Source: Xanthobacteraceae bacterium (GTDB lineage Bacteria > Pseudomonadota > Alphaproteobacteria > Rhizobiales > Xanthobacteraceae). From it: a stretch of DNA of 64,000 nucleotides. The notes under the pieces were generated by a model. That model saw only the letters and a list, made by a program, of their open reading frames with translations. It did no database searches and was not told the DNA's origin. Shown piece after piece: positions 25,908 to 36,710 of this stretch; the first letter of the stretch is position 1, and each line of letters opens with the position of its first letter. The DNA lies in the NCBI GenBank assembly GCA_041918675.1, contig JAYRVF010000012.1:88902-152901 (forward strand), given 5' to 3'. Position numbers and translations under genes: made by a program.

Positions 25908-26554
25908 CGGTCGCGATCATCGATTACGGTTCGGGCAATCTGCATTCGGCGGCCAAGGCCTTCGAGCGCGCCGCGCGCGAGATCGGCCATCCCGAGCCCG
26001 TCGCGGTGACGCGCGATCCGGAAGTCGCCTTTCGCGCCGACCGCGTCGTGCTGCCCGGCGTCGGCGCCTTCGCCGATTGCCGCAAGGGGCTCGACATGCT
26101 CGACGGCATGATCGAGGCGCTCAACGAGGTGGTGCGCGTCAAGGCGCGGCCGTTTTTCGGCATCTGCGTCGGCATGCAATTGATGGCCGAGCGCGGGCGC
26201 GAATATGCCGTGACCGATGGGCTCGGCTGGATCGCGGGCGAGGTCGTCAAGATCGCGCCCGACGACGAGAACCTGAAAATTCCGCATATGGGCTGGAACA
26301 CGCTCGACGTCGTGACAGAACATCCGGTGCTCGCCGGCCTGCCGCTCGGGCCGGCCGGGCGTCACGCCTATTTCGTGCACTCCTATCACCTCCAAGCCAG
26401 GAACGAGGCCGATGTCGTCGCGCGCGCCCAATATGGCGGCGCGGTCACGGCGATCGTCGCGCGCGACACCGCCATCGGCACGCAGTTCCATCCCGAAAAG
26501 AGCCAGCGCTTCGGGCTTTCCCTGATCGCCAATTTCCTGAAGTGGTCGCCGTGA
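25904..26554 (+). CDS. hisH: imidazole glycerol phosphate synthase, glutaminase subunit
   Basis: GTG start overlapping the upstream stop. It has the [12 protein letters not shown] (catalytic Cys) and FHPEKS motifs. Confidence 0.95.
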   Translation: MTVAIIDYGSGNLHSAAKAFERAAREIGHPEPVAVTRDPEVAFRADRVVLPGVGAFADCRKGLDMLDGMIEALNEVVRVKARPFFGICVGMQLMAERGREYAVTDGLGWIAGEVVKIAPDDENLKIPHMGWNTLDVVTEHPVLAGLPLGPAGRHAYFVHSYHLQARNEADVVARAQYGGAVTAIVARDTAIGTQFHPEKSQRFGLSLIANFLKWSP

Positions 26555-27291
26555 TTCTGTTTCCCGCCATCGATCTCAAGAATGGACAATGCGTGCGCCT
26601 GCGGCAGGGCGACATGGCGCGCGCGACCGTGTTCAACACCGATCCGGCCGCGCAGGCGGCCGCGTTCGAGGCCCAGGGCTTCGAATATCTCCATATGGTG
26701 GACCTCGACGGCGCCTTCGCCGGCAAGCCGATGAACGCGAACGCGGTCGAGCGCGTGCTCGCCGAGGTGAAGATGCCGGCGCAGCTCGGCGGCGGCATCC
26801 GCGATCTCGCCACGATCGAAGCGTGGCTTGCCAAGGGCATCGCCCGGGTCATCATCGGCACCGCGGCGGTGCGCGATCCCGGATTGGTGCGCGAGGCGGC
26901 GCGCGCGTTTGCCGGCCGTGTCGCTGTCGGCCTCGACGCGCGCGACGGCCTGGTCGCCGTCGAAGGTTGGGCGGAGACCTCCACGGTGACGGCGCTCGAA
27001 ATCGCGCGCCGCTTCGAGGACGCCGGCGTCGCGGCCATCATCTACACCGACATTGCCCGCGACGGCATGCTCCAGGGCCTCGATCTCGACGCCACCATCG
27101 CGCTCGCCGAGGCGATCTCGATTCCGGTGATCGCCTCGGGCGGGCTTGCCTCGATCGACGACATCAAGGCGTTGCTGACGCCGCGCGCGCGAAAACTCGA
27201 AGGCGCCATCGCCGGGCGCGCGCTCTACGACGGACGGGTGGATCCGGCCGAGGCGTTGCGGCTCATCCGCGCCGCGCGCGCGGCGGCTTGA
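26551..27291 (+). CDS. hisA: 1-(5-phosphoribosyl)-5-[(5-phosphoribosylamino)methylideneamino]imidazole-4-carboxamide isomerase
   Basis: The GTG start overlaps the hisH stop (GTGA). The N-terminus [16 protein letters not shown] is typical of HisA. Confidence 0.92.
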   Translation: MILFPAIDLKNGQCVRLRQGDMARATVFNTDPAAQAAAFEAQGFEYLHMVDLDGAFAGKPMNANAVERVLAEVKMPAQLGGGIRDLATIEAWLAKGIARVIIGTAAVRDPGLVREAARAFAGRVAVGLDARDGLVAVEGWAETSTVTALEIARRFEDAGVAAIIYTDIARDGMLQGLDLDATIALAEAISIPVIASGGLASIDDIKALLTPRARKLEGAIAGRALYDGRVDPAEALRLIRAARAAA

Positions 27292-27302
27292 GGCGGCATA
27301 TC

Positions 27303-28079
27303 ATGTTCAAGGTTCGCGTCATCCCCTGCCTCGATGTGAAGGACGGCCGCGTCGTCAAGGGCATCAATTTCGTCAATCTGCGCGACGCCGGCGATCCGGT
27401 CGAGGCGGCCATCGCCTATGACGCGGCCGGCGCCGACGAATTGACCTTTCTCGACATCACCGCCAGCCACGAGAACCGCGGCATCATCCTCGACGTGGTC
27501 AGGCGCACGGCGGAAGCCTGCTTCATGCCGCTGACGGTCGGCGGCGGCGTGCGCACCATCGACGACATCCGCACGCTGTTGCAATCGGGCGCCGACAAGG
27601 TCTCGATCAACACGGCCGCCGTGCACCGGCGCGAATTCGTCAAGGAAGCGGCCGAGAAATTCGGCGACCAGTGCATCGTCGTGGCGATCGACGCCAAGCG
27701 CGTGGCGCGGCCGGCCGGCGGCGAGCGCTGGGAAATCTTCACCCATGGCGGGCGCAAGCCGACCGGCATCGACGCCGTCGACTACGCGCGCGAAGTCGTC
27801 TCGCTCGGCGCCGGCGAAATCCTGCTCACCTCGATGGACCGCGACGGCACCCGGCAGGGCTTCGACATCGCCCTGACGCGCGCCATCGCCGACGCGGTGC
27901 CGGTGCCGGTGATCGCCTCCGGCGGCGTCGGCACGCTCGATCATCTGGTCGAGGGCGTGCGCGACGGCCACGCCACGGCGGTCCTGGCCGCCTCGATCTT
28001 TCATTTCGGCGAACACAGCATCCGCGCGGCCAAGGAACACATGGCGCGCGCGGGCTTGCCGATGCGGCTCGATCCGTGA
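27303..28079 (+). CDS. hisF: imidazole glycerol phosphate synthase, cyclase subunit
   Basis: It has the [15 protein letters not shown] and [15 protein letters not shown] motifs. Confidence 0.96.
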   Translation: MFKVRVIPCLDVKDGRVVKGINFVNLRDAGDPVEAAIAYDAAGADELTFLDITASHENRGIILDVVRRTAEACFMPLTVGGGVRTIDDIRTLLQSGADKVSINTAAVHRREFVKEAAEKFGDQCIVVAIDAKRVARPAGGERWEIFTHGGRKPTGIDAVDYAREVVSLGAGEILLTSMDRDGTRQGFDIALTRAIADAVPVPVIASGGVGTLDHLVEGVRDGHATAVLAASIFHFGEHSIRAAKEHMARAGLPMRLDP

Positions 28080-28151
28080 GGGTGGCGCCGTGCCGGTTTC
28101 GAGCCCAGATTGCGCTCCCCGCGGCCCCGAGGAAATGATAGGAATCGCGTC

Positions 28152-28472
28152 ATGACTGGTTCCGTCCTTCACGATCTCGCGGCGACGATCAAGGCGCGCG
28201 CCAATGCCGGCGGCGAGGGCTCCTATACGCGCCAGCTCCTCGACCGGGGCCCGGCCCATTGCGCGCGCAAGCTCGGCGAGGAGGCGATTGAAACGGTAAT
28301 CGCCGCCGTCGAGGGCGACGGCGCCCAGCTCGCCGCGGAAAGCGCCGATCTTCTCTACCATCTGCTCGTCTTGCTGCACGCGCGCGGGATCTCGCTTGAA
28401 ACGGTCGAGGCTGTTCTCGCCGCGCGGGCGGGCGTGTCGGGCCTCGACGAAAAGGCCGCGCGCGGTCGTTGA
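28152..28472 (+). CDS. hisE: phosphoribosyl-ATP pyrophosphatase
   Basis: 106 aa with the [10 protein letters not shown]...[12 protein letters not shown] pattern. Confidence 0.9.
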   Translation: MTGSVLHDLAATIKARANAGGEGSYTRQLLDRGPAHCARKLGEEAIETVIAAVEGDGAQLAAESADLLYHLLVLLHARGISLETVEAVLAARAGVSGLDEKAARGR

Positions 28473-28515
28473 TCATGCGGGCATTCGCCAGAAAGTTCCT
28501 CGACAAGGCCTGATC

Positions 28516-29469
28516 ATGGACACACGGGTCGACGATCAAGTTACGCCGCACCGTCGCTTCACCCGCGCTGAATGGGCGGCGTTGCGCGACGACACGCCGA
28601 TGACGTTGGCGGCGGCGGAAGTCGAGGCGCTGCATTCGATGCACGACCGGCTCGACATCAGGGAGGTGGAGGAAATCTATCTGCCGTTGTCGCGGCTGCT
28701 GTCGCTTTATGTCGGCGCGACGCAGAAGCTGTTCCGCGCCGGTCAGCGCTTTCTCGGCACCGTCGACGTCAAGGTGCCCTACATCATCGGCGTCGCCGGC
28801 TCGGTGGCGGTGGGCAAGTCGACCACCGCGCGCGTGCTGCGGGCGCTGCTCGGCCGCTGGTCGAACGTGCCCAAGGTCGATCTGGTCACGACCGACGGCT
28901 TCCTGTTTCCGAACGCGGTGCTGTCGCGTGAAGAGCTGATGGAGAAGAAGGGGTTTCCCGAAAGCTACGATCTGCCCGCGCTGCTGCGGTTTCTTTCCGA
29001 CATCAAGGCCGGCAGGCGCCGGGTGCGCGCGCCGATCTATTCGCACCTGACCTACGACATCGTCCCCGACCAGTTCGTCGAGATCGATCGTCCCGACATT
29101 CTCATCGTCGAGGGTCTGAACGTGCTGCAGACCGGCCGGCTGCCAAAGGATGGCAAGGCGGTTCCGTTCGTTTCGGACTTCTTCGATTTCTCGGTCTATC
29201 TCGACGCCGACGAGGCGGTGCTACGGCAATGGTATGTCGACCGGTTCCTCGCCCTGCGCAAGACCGCGTTCGCCGATCCGCGTTCCTATTTCAACCGCTA
29301 TTCGACGCTCTCCGATACGCAGGCGACCGAGACGGCGTTGTCGATCTGGAACCGGATCAATCTTCCCAATCTGCGCGAGAACGTGCAGCCGACCAGGCCG
29401 CGCGCGACGCTGATCCTCGCGAAGGGTCCCGATCACGTCGTGCAATCGGTGGCGTTGCGGCGGCTGTAG
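28516..29469 (+). CDS. coaA: type I pantothenate kinase
   Basis: It has the P-loop [17 protein letters not shown] and the LVTTDGFL and [12 protein letters not shown] motifs. Confidence 0.93.
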   Translation: MDTRVDDQVTPHRRFTRAEWAALRDDTPMTLAAAEVEALHSMHDRLDIREVEEIYLPLSRLLSLYVGATQKLFRAGQRFLGTVDVKVPYIIGVAGSVAVGKSTTARVLRALLGRWSNVPKVDLVTTDGFLFPNAVLSREELMEKKGFPESYDLPALLRFLSDIKAGRRRVRAPIYSHLTYDIVPDQFVEIDRPDILIVEGLNVLQTGRLPKDGKAVPFVSDFFDFSVYLDADEAVLRQWYVDRFLALRKTAFADPRSYFNRYSTLSDTQATETALSIWNRINLPNLRENVQPTRPRATLILAKGPDHVVQSVALRRL

Positions 29470-29479
29470 GAAACGGCGA

Positions 29480-31720
29480 TCACGCCGCCAGATGCGCGGC
29501 GGCCGCCTGGCGCGCCAGCGCCTCTTCCAGGCGCTCGCGGTCGAGCGGCTTGGTCAGAAAATCATCCATGCCGGCGGCGATGCAGGCCTCGCGATCCTCG
29601 CTGAACGTGTTGGCGGTCAGCGCGAGGATCGGCGCGCGCGCGCCCGCGCTTTCCTTTTCGATCGCGCGGATGCGCCGCGTGGTCTCGATGCCGTCGAGGC
29701 CGGGCATTTGCACGTCCATGAGGACGAGATCGTAAGGAGCGCCGGCCGCGCGCGCGGCAAGCCAGCTCTCAAGCGCGGCCTCCCCGCTGGTGGTCACGAC
29801 CGGGCGATGGCCGAGCCGCGTCAGCAGCGCGCGCACGAACAGGGCGTTGATCTCGTTGTCCTCGGCGACCAGGACCGACAGGCCGGTCGCCGCCGGCGCG
29901 GCGGAAGCGCCCGGATTGCTTTCAGGCGCGGATTCGTCGGCGGAAAAAGTCTCGACCGGCGCGGCCAGACGCGCGGCGAGCGAGGCCGCCCGCAACGGCT
30001 TGATGAGATAGCCGGTGAAACCCTTCTCCTTGAGGTCGCGGGCCTCGTGGCGGTTCGCGGGCGTCAGCAGGATGAGCCGGCGCGCGGCATGGCGGCGGGC
30101 AAGCATCGCCAATCCCTCGCTCGCCTCCGCGCCGATATCGAGATCGATGAGAACGGCGAGCCAGCTCCGCTCGGGAATGAGCGCGGCGGCGACATCGGCG
30201 TCGGTGACCGTGCAGGTGCTCGCGCCCCAGCGTTCGAGGCGGCGCGCGATCAACGCGGCGGCGACCGTGCGCGGCGCCACGATCATGATCGACTGGCCGG
30301 TGAGATCGGGCGCCTCCATTGTCGGCTCCTCGCCTCCGCTTTCGGTGGCGGGCAGCGGCAGGCTGACCTGGAACGTCGCGCCGGCGCCTTCCGCGCTTTC
30401 GACCGAAATGCGTCCGCCCATGCGCTCGACGATGCGTTTGCTGATGCTCAGCCCGAGTCCCGTGCCGGCGTGATGGCGCGCGGTGCCGACATCGGCCTGC
30501 TCGAATTCGGCGAAAATCCGTTCGTGGAATTCCGGCGCGATGCCGATGCCGGTGTCGCGAACGAGGAAGGCGACTTCGTTCGGCCAGATGCCGGGTTCGA
30601 CCAAGATGGCGACGCCGCCGGTCTCGGTGAACTTGACCGCGTTGCCGGCGAGGTTGAGCAGGATCTGGCGCAGCCGCGCCGCGTCGCCGATCACCCGCGC
30701 GGGCACGCGCTCGTCGATATGGCAGGCGATTTCGAGGTTCTTGGCCTGCGCGCGCGGGGCGAGCAGCTCGGTGATCTCCTCCACCATCGGCGCGAGCGCG
30801 AAAGGCCGCGCCTCGAGGTCGAGCTTGCCGGCCTCGATCTTTGAGAAATCGAGAATTTCCTCGATCAGCGCCAGCAGCGCGTCGCCGGAACTCATCACCG
30901 CCTTGGCGTAGGTCGTCTGTTCGGGCGAAAGCCGCGTGTCGAGCAGAAGGCTCGCCATGCCGAGAATGCCGTTCAGCGGCGTGCGGATTTCGTGCGAGAC
31001 CATGGCGAGGAAGCGCGACTTGGCGCGGTTGGCGGCGTTGGCCTGGTCGCGCGCCTCGGCGAGCGCCCGTTCGCCTTCGGTGCGGTCGGTCACGTCGCGG
31101 CCGACGCATTGCAGTTCGGCCGGAAGGTCGGCGTCGACGCGGACCCAGCTTTCGCGCCAGGCGATCCAGCGCGGTCCGAGCGGGCCGGCGATCTCCTCGT
31201 CATGCACGCGGGTGCCGTCGATCAGGACGCCGACGTCTCCCACCGCGCGCGCGGGAGGAACGAAATCGGTGCCGAGCAGGAGGTGGCGCGGCATGCGCGT
31301 CAGTTCGCAATAGGCGTCGTTGACGAAGGTGATGCGGCCCTCGGCGTCGCGGCGAACGATCAGGTCGCCCTGCGATTCGATGATGGAGCGGGCGCGCTCC
31401 TCGGCCTCGGTGAGCTCCCAATTGCGGTCGGCGAGCGCCTCGTTCCGGCGCGCGAGGCGGCGGAACGCCGCGTTGAGCTTGCGGACGCGCATGGCGAGCA
31501 TCGCGATCGCCATGCAGGCGAGCGCGAACAGGAAGCTGATGCCGACGGCGAAGCTGTGCGGATCGTAGCCGGTGATCTCGGTGCCCGCGCCGCTGAGAAA
31601 GCCGAGCGCGGCGCCGAAGGCGGCGGCAAAGATCGAGCTCGCGCGCGCCAGAGCCAGCAAGCGCGGGTGCCGCCGAGCGAACCGGTGCGCCCGAACGCGC
31701 GTGCGAATGAGACGAGACAT
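29480..31720 (-). CDS. hybrid sensor histidine kinase/response regulator (2TM-PAS-HisKA-HATPase-degenerate REC-REC)
   Basis: It has two N-terminal TM helices separated by only ~10 residues, a PAS domain (GDLIVRRDAEGRITFVNDAY), an H-box SHEIRTPLNG, and the N/G boxes (NLAGNAVKFT, DTGIGI, GTGLGLSI). These are followed by a receiver-like domain lacking the acidic pair and a canonical receiver (DLVLMDVQMPGLDG...KPL). The ATG at 31720 was preferred over the TTG at 31747. Confidence 0.9.
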   Translation of the reverse strand: MSRLIRTRVRAHRFARRHPRLLALARASSIFAAAFGAALGFLSGAGTEITGYDPHSFAVGISFLFALACMAIAMLAMRVRKLNAAFRRLARRNEALADRNWELTEAEERARSIIESQGDLIVRRDAEGRITFVNDAYCELTRMPRHLLLGTDFVPPARAVGDVGVLIDGTRVHDEEIAGPLGPRWIAWRESWVRVDADLPAELQCVGRDVTDRTEGERALAEARDQANAANRAKSRFLAMVSHEIRTPLNGILGMASLLLDTRLSPEQTTYAKAVMSSGDALLALIEEILDFSKIEAGKLDLEARPFALAPMVEEITELLAPRAQAKNLEIACHIDERVPARVIGDAARLRQILLNLAGNAVKFTETGGVAILVEPGIWPNEVAFLVRDTGIGIAPEFHERIFAEFEQADVGTARHHAGTGLGLSISKRIVERMGGRISVESAEGAGATFQVSLPLPATESGGEEPTMEAPDLTGQSIMIVAPRTVAAALIARRLERWGASTCTVTDADVAAALIPERSWLAVLIDLDIGAEASEGLAMLARRHAARRLILLTPANRHEARDLKEKGFTGYLIKPLRAASLAARLAAPVETFSADESAPESNPGASAAPAATGLSVLVAEDNEINALFVRALLTRLGHRPVVTTSGEAALESWLAARAAGAPYDLVLMDVQMPGLDGIETTRRIRAIEKESAGARAPILALTANTFSEDREACIAAGMDDFLTKPLDRERLEEALARQAAAAHLAA

Positions 31721-31839
31721 CGACGTGGCTCCCGGGGTCGCGCGCAAATCGCGTGGGCGAATGTGGCAAATGGCGGTTGAGAAGAGATTTCGCCTTGGTC
31801 GCGGTCGCGCCCGCCCCGGCGAACAGGGTTGAGGCCGCG

Positions 31840-32319
31840 TTAACGCGGCCGGCTCGGCGCGGCGGCGAGGCGCACGCGGTCGCGCGAGGCCGCCACGAAC
31901 ATCGCGGCCGCCAGCCTCGGCGGGATCCGGCGCGAGTCGGCGTAGATGCGCAGATCGGCGTCCTCGCTTTCGGTGAGGAAGATCACCGGGTCGCCGGGCT
32001 CGGGCGTCTCCACGATCTTCACCGAACGTGCGGTTTCGGCCGGACCGCAGGCGCTCGCCTCGGCCTCGGCTGCGTCGTCGGCGAGGAGGAAATCGGCCGA
32101 GACCGCGTCATCGACGAATTTGACGCGGATCGCGGCCGCGCTCGCGTCCTCGGTGAAGGCGATTCTGTAATCGGAACTCCATGCCAACGCGGAGGCCGGC
32201 CGGACGGTGCCGGTGACCGAAGCAACGCATGGGGCGCTGGCCTCGATGGCGGCGACCTGGGACCAGGCCGCGATCGCGATGACGGGAATGGCGATGACGA
32301 GGATACGCTTACGCAACAT
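31840..32319 (-). CDS. hypothetical secreted protein (159 aa, acidic, 2 Cys)
   Basis: The ATG at 32319 gives a signal-peptide-like N-terminus (MLRKRILVIAIPVIAIAAWSQVAA). I recognise no family for it. Codon usage looks like that of the neighbours. Confidence 0.5.
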   Translation of the reverse strand: MLRKRILVIAIPVIAIAAWSQVAAIEASAPCVASVTGTVRPASALAWSSDYRIAFTEDASAAAIRVKFVDDAVSADFLLADDAAEAEASACGPAETARSVKIVETPEPGDPVIFLTESEDADLRIYADSRRIPPRLAAAMFVAASRDRVRLAAAPSRPR

Positions 32320-32346
32320 GGCTTCACCGTTCGATACGGGCGCCAA

Positions 32347-32458
32347 GAGCATTTCTCGGCGAGATGGAGTCATCTCGTCGAAACGAACCGCTCCAGCTTC
32401 CAGGCCTTGAGCAAGACCCGACCGCGAAAGTGGTCCGCACCTTCGCGGGAATTGCTTC
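32347..32458. repeat. R2 double-palindrome repeat, copy 2 (inverted relative to copy 1)
   Basis: Module Y-like is GAGCATTTCTCGGCGAGATGG...CATCTCGTCGAAACGAACCGCTC. It is followed by the shared linker CAGGCCTT and module X-like GAGCAAGACCCGACCGCGAAAGTGG...CCTTCGCGGGAATTGCTTC. Confidence 0.55.
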
Positions 32459-32522
32459 AACGCGCCCTCATGGTGGGCAAAGCGTAAAGAAGAAGGGTTA
32501 CCGCCGGGTTGACGCGCGCGCT

Positions 32523-32597
32523 GGCAAGCTGGGCGGGCAAGAAAGGGACGGGCAGGATGTGGGCGGACGAGACGTGAGCAGGCAGAATGTGAGCGGC
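32523..32597. repeat. degenerate 15-nt tandem repeat, ~5 units (CARGAWGTGRGCGGN-like)
   Basis: The units are CAAGCTGGGCGGG / CAAGAAAGGGACGGG / CAGGATGTGGGCGGA / CGAGACGTGAGCAGG / CAGAATGTGAGCGGC, in the non-coding gap downstream of yifB. Confidence 0.5.
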
Positions 32598-32727
32598 GCG
32601 CGGAATATCGGCCGCGCGTCGAGTCGGCGCGCGTCGCGGGACCGCGCGCGGGATCGCCGGCGGCCCTGCGTCGTCTAACCGATGCCTTGCGTCCGAGGCA
32701 TGGTGTCTTCGCGCGCCGAGCGCGCCG

Positions 32728-34266
32728 TCATGCGGCGCGACGGGTTTCCTCGGCGAGCGCCCGGTAGGACAGTGCCTCGGCGAGATGAACGCGGCCGATG
32801 GCCTCGGCATTGTCGAGATCGGCAATCGTGCGCGCCACGCGCAAAACGCGGTGATAGCCCCGCGCCGATAGGCGCATCACCTCGATCGCCTCGCGCAAAA
32901 GCGCGTGCCCGGTCTTGTCCGGCCGGGCGATTTCCTCGATCGCGGCGGCGGGCGCCTCGGCATTGCAACGCACCTGGGCAAGGCCGAGCGCGCGGTAGCG
33001 ATCGGTCTGCCGGGCGCGGGCGCGCGCCACGCGAAGCGCGACCTCGGCCGATCCTTCCGTCGGCGGCGGCAGGATCATGTCGGCGGCGGTGACGGCGGGA
33101 ACCTCGATGCGGATGTCGATGCGATCGATCAGCGGACCGGAGATGCGCCCCTGATAGTCGGCGACGCATTTTCCGATCGGGCCGCGCTTGCAGGCATAAC
33201 CGGGTTCGTCGGCGTGGCCGCAACGGCAGGGATTCATCGCCGCCACCAGCATGAAACGGGCCGGATAGGTGACGCGGTGATTGGCGCGCGAGATCGCGAT
33301 CTCGCCGGTCTCGAGCGGCTGGCGCAGAGAATCGAGCACGCGCGGATCGAATTCGGGAAACTCGTCGAGGAACAGCACGCCGTTATGGGCGAGCGAAATC
33401 TCGCCCGGCTTGGCGCGCAGCCCGCCGCCGGTGAGCGCGGCCATGCTGGCGGAGTGATGCGGCGCGCGGAACGGGCGCCTGTTGGTCAGCGCGCCGTCGT
33501 CGATTTCGCCGGCGACCGAGGCGATCATCGAGACTTGCAGCAATTCAGCCGGTGCGAGCGGCGGCAGGATGGAGGGCAGGCGCGCGGCGAGCATGGATTT
33601 GCCCGCCCCCGGCGGCCCGATCATGAGAAGATGGTGTCCGCCGGCGGCCGCGATTTCGAGCGCGCGCTTGGCGCTTTCCTGGCCCTTGATGTCGCGCAGA
33701 TCGAGCAGGTCGCCGTCGCTCTCGCGGATGCGCGGCTCGGGCCGCGAAAGCACCTGCGTACCCTTGAAATGGTTGGCGATCTGGAGAAGGGAGCCGGCGC
33801 TGAGGATGTCGATGTCGGGGCTCGCCCAGGCCGCCTCCGAGCCGCAGGCGGCCGGGCAGATCAGGCCCTCGTCGCGGGAATTGGCGCTGATCGCGGCCGG
33901 CAGCACGCCCGCCACGGGCGCGATCGAGCCGTCGAGGCCGAGCTCGCCGAGCACGGTCTTGCCCTCGAGCGCGTCGGACGGAATGGCTCCGATCGCCGCC
34001 ATCAGGCCGAGCGCGATGGGCAGATCGTAATGGCTGCCTTCCTTGGGCAGATCGGCGGGGGCGAGATTGACGGTGATGCGGCGGGCCGGCAGGGCAAGGC
34101 CCGAGGCGATCAGGGCCGCGCGGACCCTTTCGCGGGCCTCGGAAACGGCCTTGTCGGGCAGGCCGACGATCGTGAAGGCGGGCAGCCCCGGCGCGACTTG
34201 GACCTGAACGTCTACCGCGCGGGCTTCGATCCCCTCGAACGCGACCGTTGTGACCCGCTGAACCAT
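32728..34266 (-). CDS. YifB/ComM family Mg-chelatase-like AAA+ ATPase
   Basis: It has a Lon-protease-like N-terminal domain, Walker A GPPGAGKSMLA, Walker B LFLDEFPEF, and a C-terminal ChlI-like region. The start is the ATG at 34266. Confidence 0.92.
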   Translation of the reverse strand: MVQRVTTVAFEGIEARAVDVQVQVAPGLPAFTIVGLPDKAVSEARERVRAALIASGLALPARRITVNLAPADLPKEGSHYDLPIALGLMAAIGAIPSDALEGKTVLGELGLDGSIAPVAGVLPAAISANSRDEGLICPAACGSEAAWASPDIDILSAGSLLQIANHFKGTQVLSRPEPRIRESDGDLLDLRDIKGQESAKRALEIAAAGGHHLLMIGPPGAGKSMLAARLPSILPPLAPAELLQVSMIASVAGEIDDGALTNRRPFRAPHHSASMAALTGGGLRAKPGEISLAHNGVLFLDEFPEFDPRVLDSLRQPLETGEIAISRANHRVTYPARFMLVAAMNPCRCGHADEPGYACKRGPIGKCVADYQGRISGPLIDRIDIRIEVPAVTAADMILPPPTEGSAEVALRVARARARQTDRYRALGLAQVRCNAEAPAAAIEEIARPDKTGHALLREAIEVMRLSARGYHRVLRVARTIADLDNAEAIGRVHLAEALSYRALAEETRRAA

Positions 34267-34364
34267 GTGTCCCCCAATGCAACCTAGGCTAGCGCAGGTT
34301 GCGCGTCCGCGCAAGAACATTTCAGGAACATATTGAGGCCGCGGCTGGTGGGAGTGCCGTCCGG

Positions 34365-35306
34365 CTACGCCCGCATCGCTTCGATCCGGTCCCAGATCAG
34401 CGCGGCGATGTCGGGCCCGCCGAGGCGCTGGATCGCGCGCAGGCCAGTCGGCGAGGTCACGTTGATTTCGGTGAGGTACCCGTCGATCACGTCGATGCCC
34501 GCGAAGATAAGGCCGCGCTCGCGCAGCGCGGGGCCGAGGCGGGCGCAGATTTCGCGTTCGCGCGCGGTCAGATCGGTTGCCGCGGCCGAGCCGCCGCGCA
34601 CGAGATTGGAACGCAGATCGTCGGCGGCCGGAATGCGGTTGAGCGCGCCGGCGAACTCCCCGTCGACCAGGACGATGCGCTTGTCGCCGTTCCTCACCTC
34701 CGGAATGAATCGCTGCACCACCCAGGGCTCGCGAAACGTCGTCGCGAACAAATCGTGGAGCGAACCGAAATTGAGGTCCTCGCGCGCGACGCGAAACACC
34801 GCCGCGCCGCCATGGCCGTAAAGCGGCTTCATCACCACGTCGCCATGCTCGGCGCGAAACGCCTTGATCGCGTCGAGGTCGCGCGTGACCAGCGTCGGCG
34901 GCATCAGGTCGGCGAATTCCATCACGAACAGCTTCTCCGGCGCGTTGCGCACATGCGCCGGATCGTTGACGACGAGCGTGCCGGGATGCACGCGTTCGAG
35001 CAGATGCGTGGTGGTGATGTAGGCGAGATCGAAGGGCGGGTCCTGGCGCAGCAGGATCACGTCGAAGCCAGCGAGCTCGCGCGCGGCCGGCGCGCCGAGC
35101 GTGAAGTGGTCGCCCTGCCGGTCGCGCACTTCAAGCGTCTGGACCGCGGCGAACAATCTGTCGCCGCGCAGCGCGAGCCGGTCCGGCGTGTAATAGAAAA
35201 TATCGTGGCCGCGCCGCTGGGCTTCCAGCAGGAGCGCGAAGGTCGAATCGCCGCCGATATTGATGCGGTCGATAGGGTCCATCTGGACGGCGATCTTGAG
35301 ATTCAT
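34365..35306 (-). CDS. gshB: glutathione synthetase
   Basis: 313 aa with an ATP-grasp fold and typical GshB motifs ([15 protein letters not shown] and [11 protein letters not shown]). Confidence 0.93.
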   Translation of the reverse strand: MNLKIAVQMDPIDRINIGGDSTFALLLEAQRRGHDIFYYTPDRLALRGDRLFAAVQTLEVRDRQGDHFTLGAPAARELAGFDVILLRQDPPFDLAYITTTHLLERVHPGTLVVNDPAHVRNAPEKLFVMEFADLMPPTLVTRDLDAIKAFRAEHGDVVMKPLYGHGGAAVFRVAREDLNFGSLHDLFATTFREPWVVQRFIPEVRNGDKRIVLVDGEFAGALNRIPAADDLRSNLVRGGSAAATDLTAREREICARLGPALRERGLIFAGIDVIDGYLTEINVTSPTGLRAIQRLGGPDIAALIWDRIEAMRA

Positions 35307-35386
35307 GGAACCGGTTCCGGCGGTTCGTTCGGGACGATCGAGACGAACCGCGCCAAGAAAAATCGAGTCGGCGATAGTTTCCGCAA

Positions 35387-35782
35387 TTATCCGTCGGCGT
35401 CAAATGCCGCCGTGAGATGGCGTGGCAGGCACCCCGGCGCGATCAGGATCGCGTCGAAACGAATTTCGTGACGGGCGTATTCGTCGTGGCTCGCGAGCCA
35501 GGCCTCGGCGGCCGCGACGATGCGCCGGCGCTGACGCGGGGTTACCGCATAGGCCGCGTCGTCGAGCCTCTCGCGCGCCTTGACCTCGACGAAGACAAGC
35601 GTGCCGCGCCGGCGCGCGACGATGTCGATTTCGCCGACGGGCGTGCGAACGCGCCGCGCCAGGATGCGATAGCCGCGCACGATCAGGTAGGCGGCGGCCT
35701 TGCTTTCGGCCGAAATGCCCGTCTTCTGCGCCTCGATCCGGTCGGGGGAGGGCGGCGGCGATGGCGGCCTAGCTCTCTTCAC
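35387..35782 (-). CDS. YraN family (UPF0102) endonuclease-like protein
   Basis: 131 aa with a GTG start overlapping the rsmI 3' end by 14 nt. The core [21 protein letters not shown] is typical of UPF0102. Confidence 0.8.
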   Translation of the reverse strand: MKRARPPSPPPSPDRIEAQKTGISAESKAAAYLIVRGYRILARRVRTPVGEIDIVARRRGTLVFVEVKARERLDDAAYAVTPRQRRRIVAAAEAWLASHDEYARHEIRFDAILIAPGCLPRHLTAAFDADG

Positions 35783-36710
35783 CAGTCCGCTTCATCAATT
35801 CGAGCGCGCGGGCATAGACCGCGCGGCGCGGCGCGCCGGAGGTGGCGACGACATGGGTGACGGCGTCCTTGAGACTTCGCTGCTTGAGTTCCGCGCGCAG
35901 GAGGCGATCGAGCTCCTCGCCGCTCGGCGCGGCCGCGCCGTCTCGCGGCGGGCCGATGACGATCACGAATTCGCCGCGCTTTTCCAGCGCGTCGGCCTCG
36001 CTTGCCAATGACGAGAGTTCGCCGCGGCGAACCTCTTCATGAAGTTTGGTGAGCTCGCGGCAGATCGCGGCCTCCCGGCCCGGAAGGAGATCGGCAAGGT
36101 CGGCGAGCGCGGCGGCGATGCGCGCGCCAGTCTCGAACAGGACGAGCGTCGCGTCGATCCGGCCGAGTTCGGCGATCCGCGCGCGGCGCGCGCCCTGCTT
36201 CGCCGGCGGGAAGCCTTCGAAGAAAAAGCGATCGGTCGGCAGCGCCGCGACGCCGAGCGCGGTCAGGACCGAGGAGGGGCCCGGTACCGCGTGAACGTGG
36301 TGGCCGGCCGCGACCGCCTCGCGCACGAGCTTGAATCCGGGATCGGAAATCAGGGGCGTGCCGGCGTCGGAAACGAGCGCCACCGACGCGCCTTCCGCGA
36401 GCCGGGCAAGCAGCGCCGGCCGGGCGCGCGCCGCGTTGTGCTCGTGATAGGAGGCAAGCCGCGTCTTGATGGCGTGGCGTTGCAGGAGACGCGTGGTGAT
36501 GCGGGTGTCCTCGCAAGCGATCAGGTCGACGCCGGCGAGCGTCTCCAGCGCGCGCAGCGTGATATCGCCGAGATTGCCGATGGGCGTCGCCACGATGTGA
36601 AGACCGGCGGGCGCGCGCGGCGCCGTGAATTCGGCCGCTCCGATGACATAGGCGCGTTGCCGCTCCGTGGCTTCGGATGGCTCGGCGGAGGACGGTGCAC
36701 GGCGACGCAT
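35769..36710 (-). CDS. rsmI: 16S rRNA (cytidine1402-2'-O)-methyltransferase
   Basis: It has the [18 protein letters not shown] and DLIACEDTR motifs of the tetrapyrrole-methylase-fold RsmI. Confidence 0.9.
   Translation of the reverse strand: MRRRAPSSAEPSEATERQRAYVIGAAEFTAPRAPAGLHIVATPIGNLGDITLRALETLAGVDLIACEDTRITTRLLQRHAIKTRLASYHEHNAARARPALLARLAEGASVALVSDAGTPLISDPGFKLVREAVAAGHHVHAVPGPSSVLTALGVAALPTDRFFFEGFPPAKQGARRARIAELGRIDATLVLFETGARIAAALADLADLLPGREAAICRELTKLHEEVRRGELSSLASEADALEKRGEFVIVIGPPRDGAAAPSGEELDRLLRAELKQRSLKDAVTHVVATSGAPRRAVYARALELMKRTGEES

Noticed and set aside
32523-32597. Possible CRISPR-like or coding repeat array
   Set aside because: The units are 15 nt, contiguous and degenerate, with no spacers and no cas genes. 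The ORF across them has no convincing start or family. It is kept only as a simple tandem repeat.
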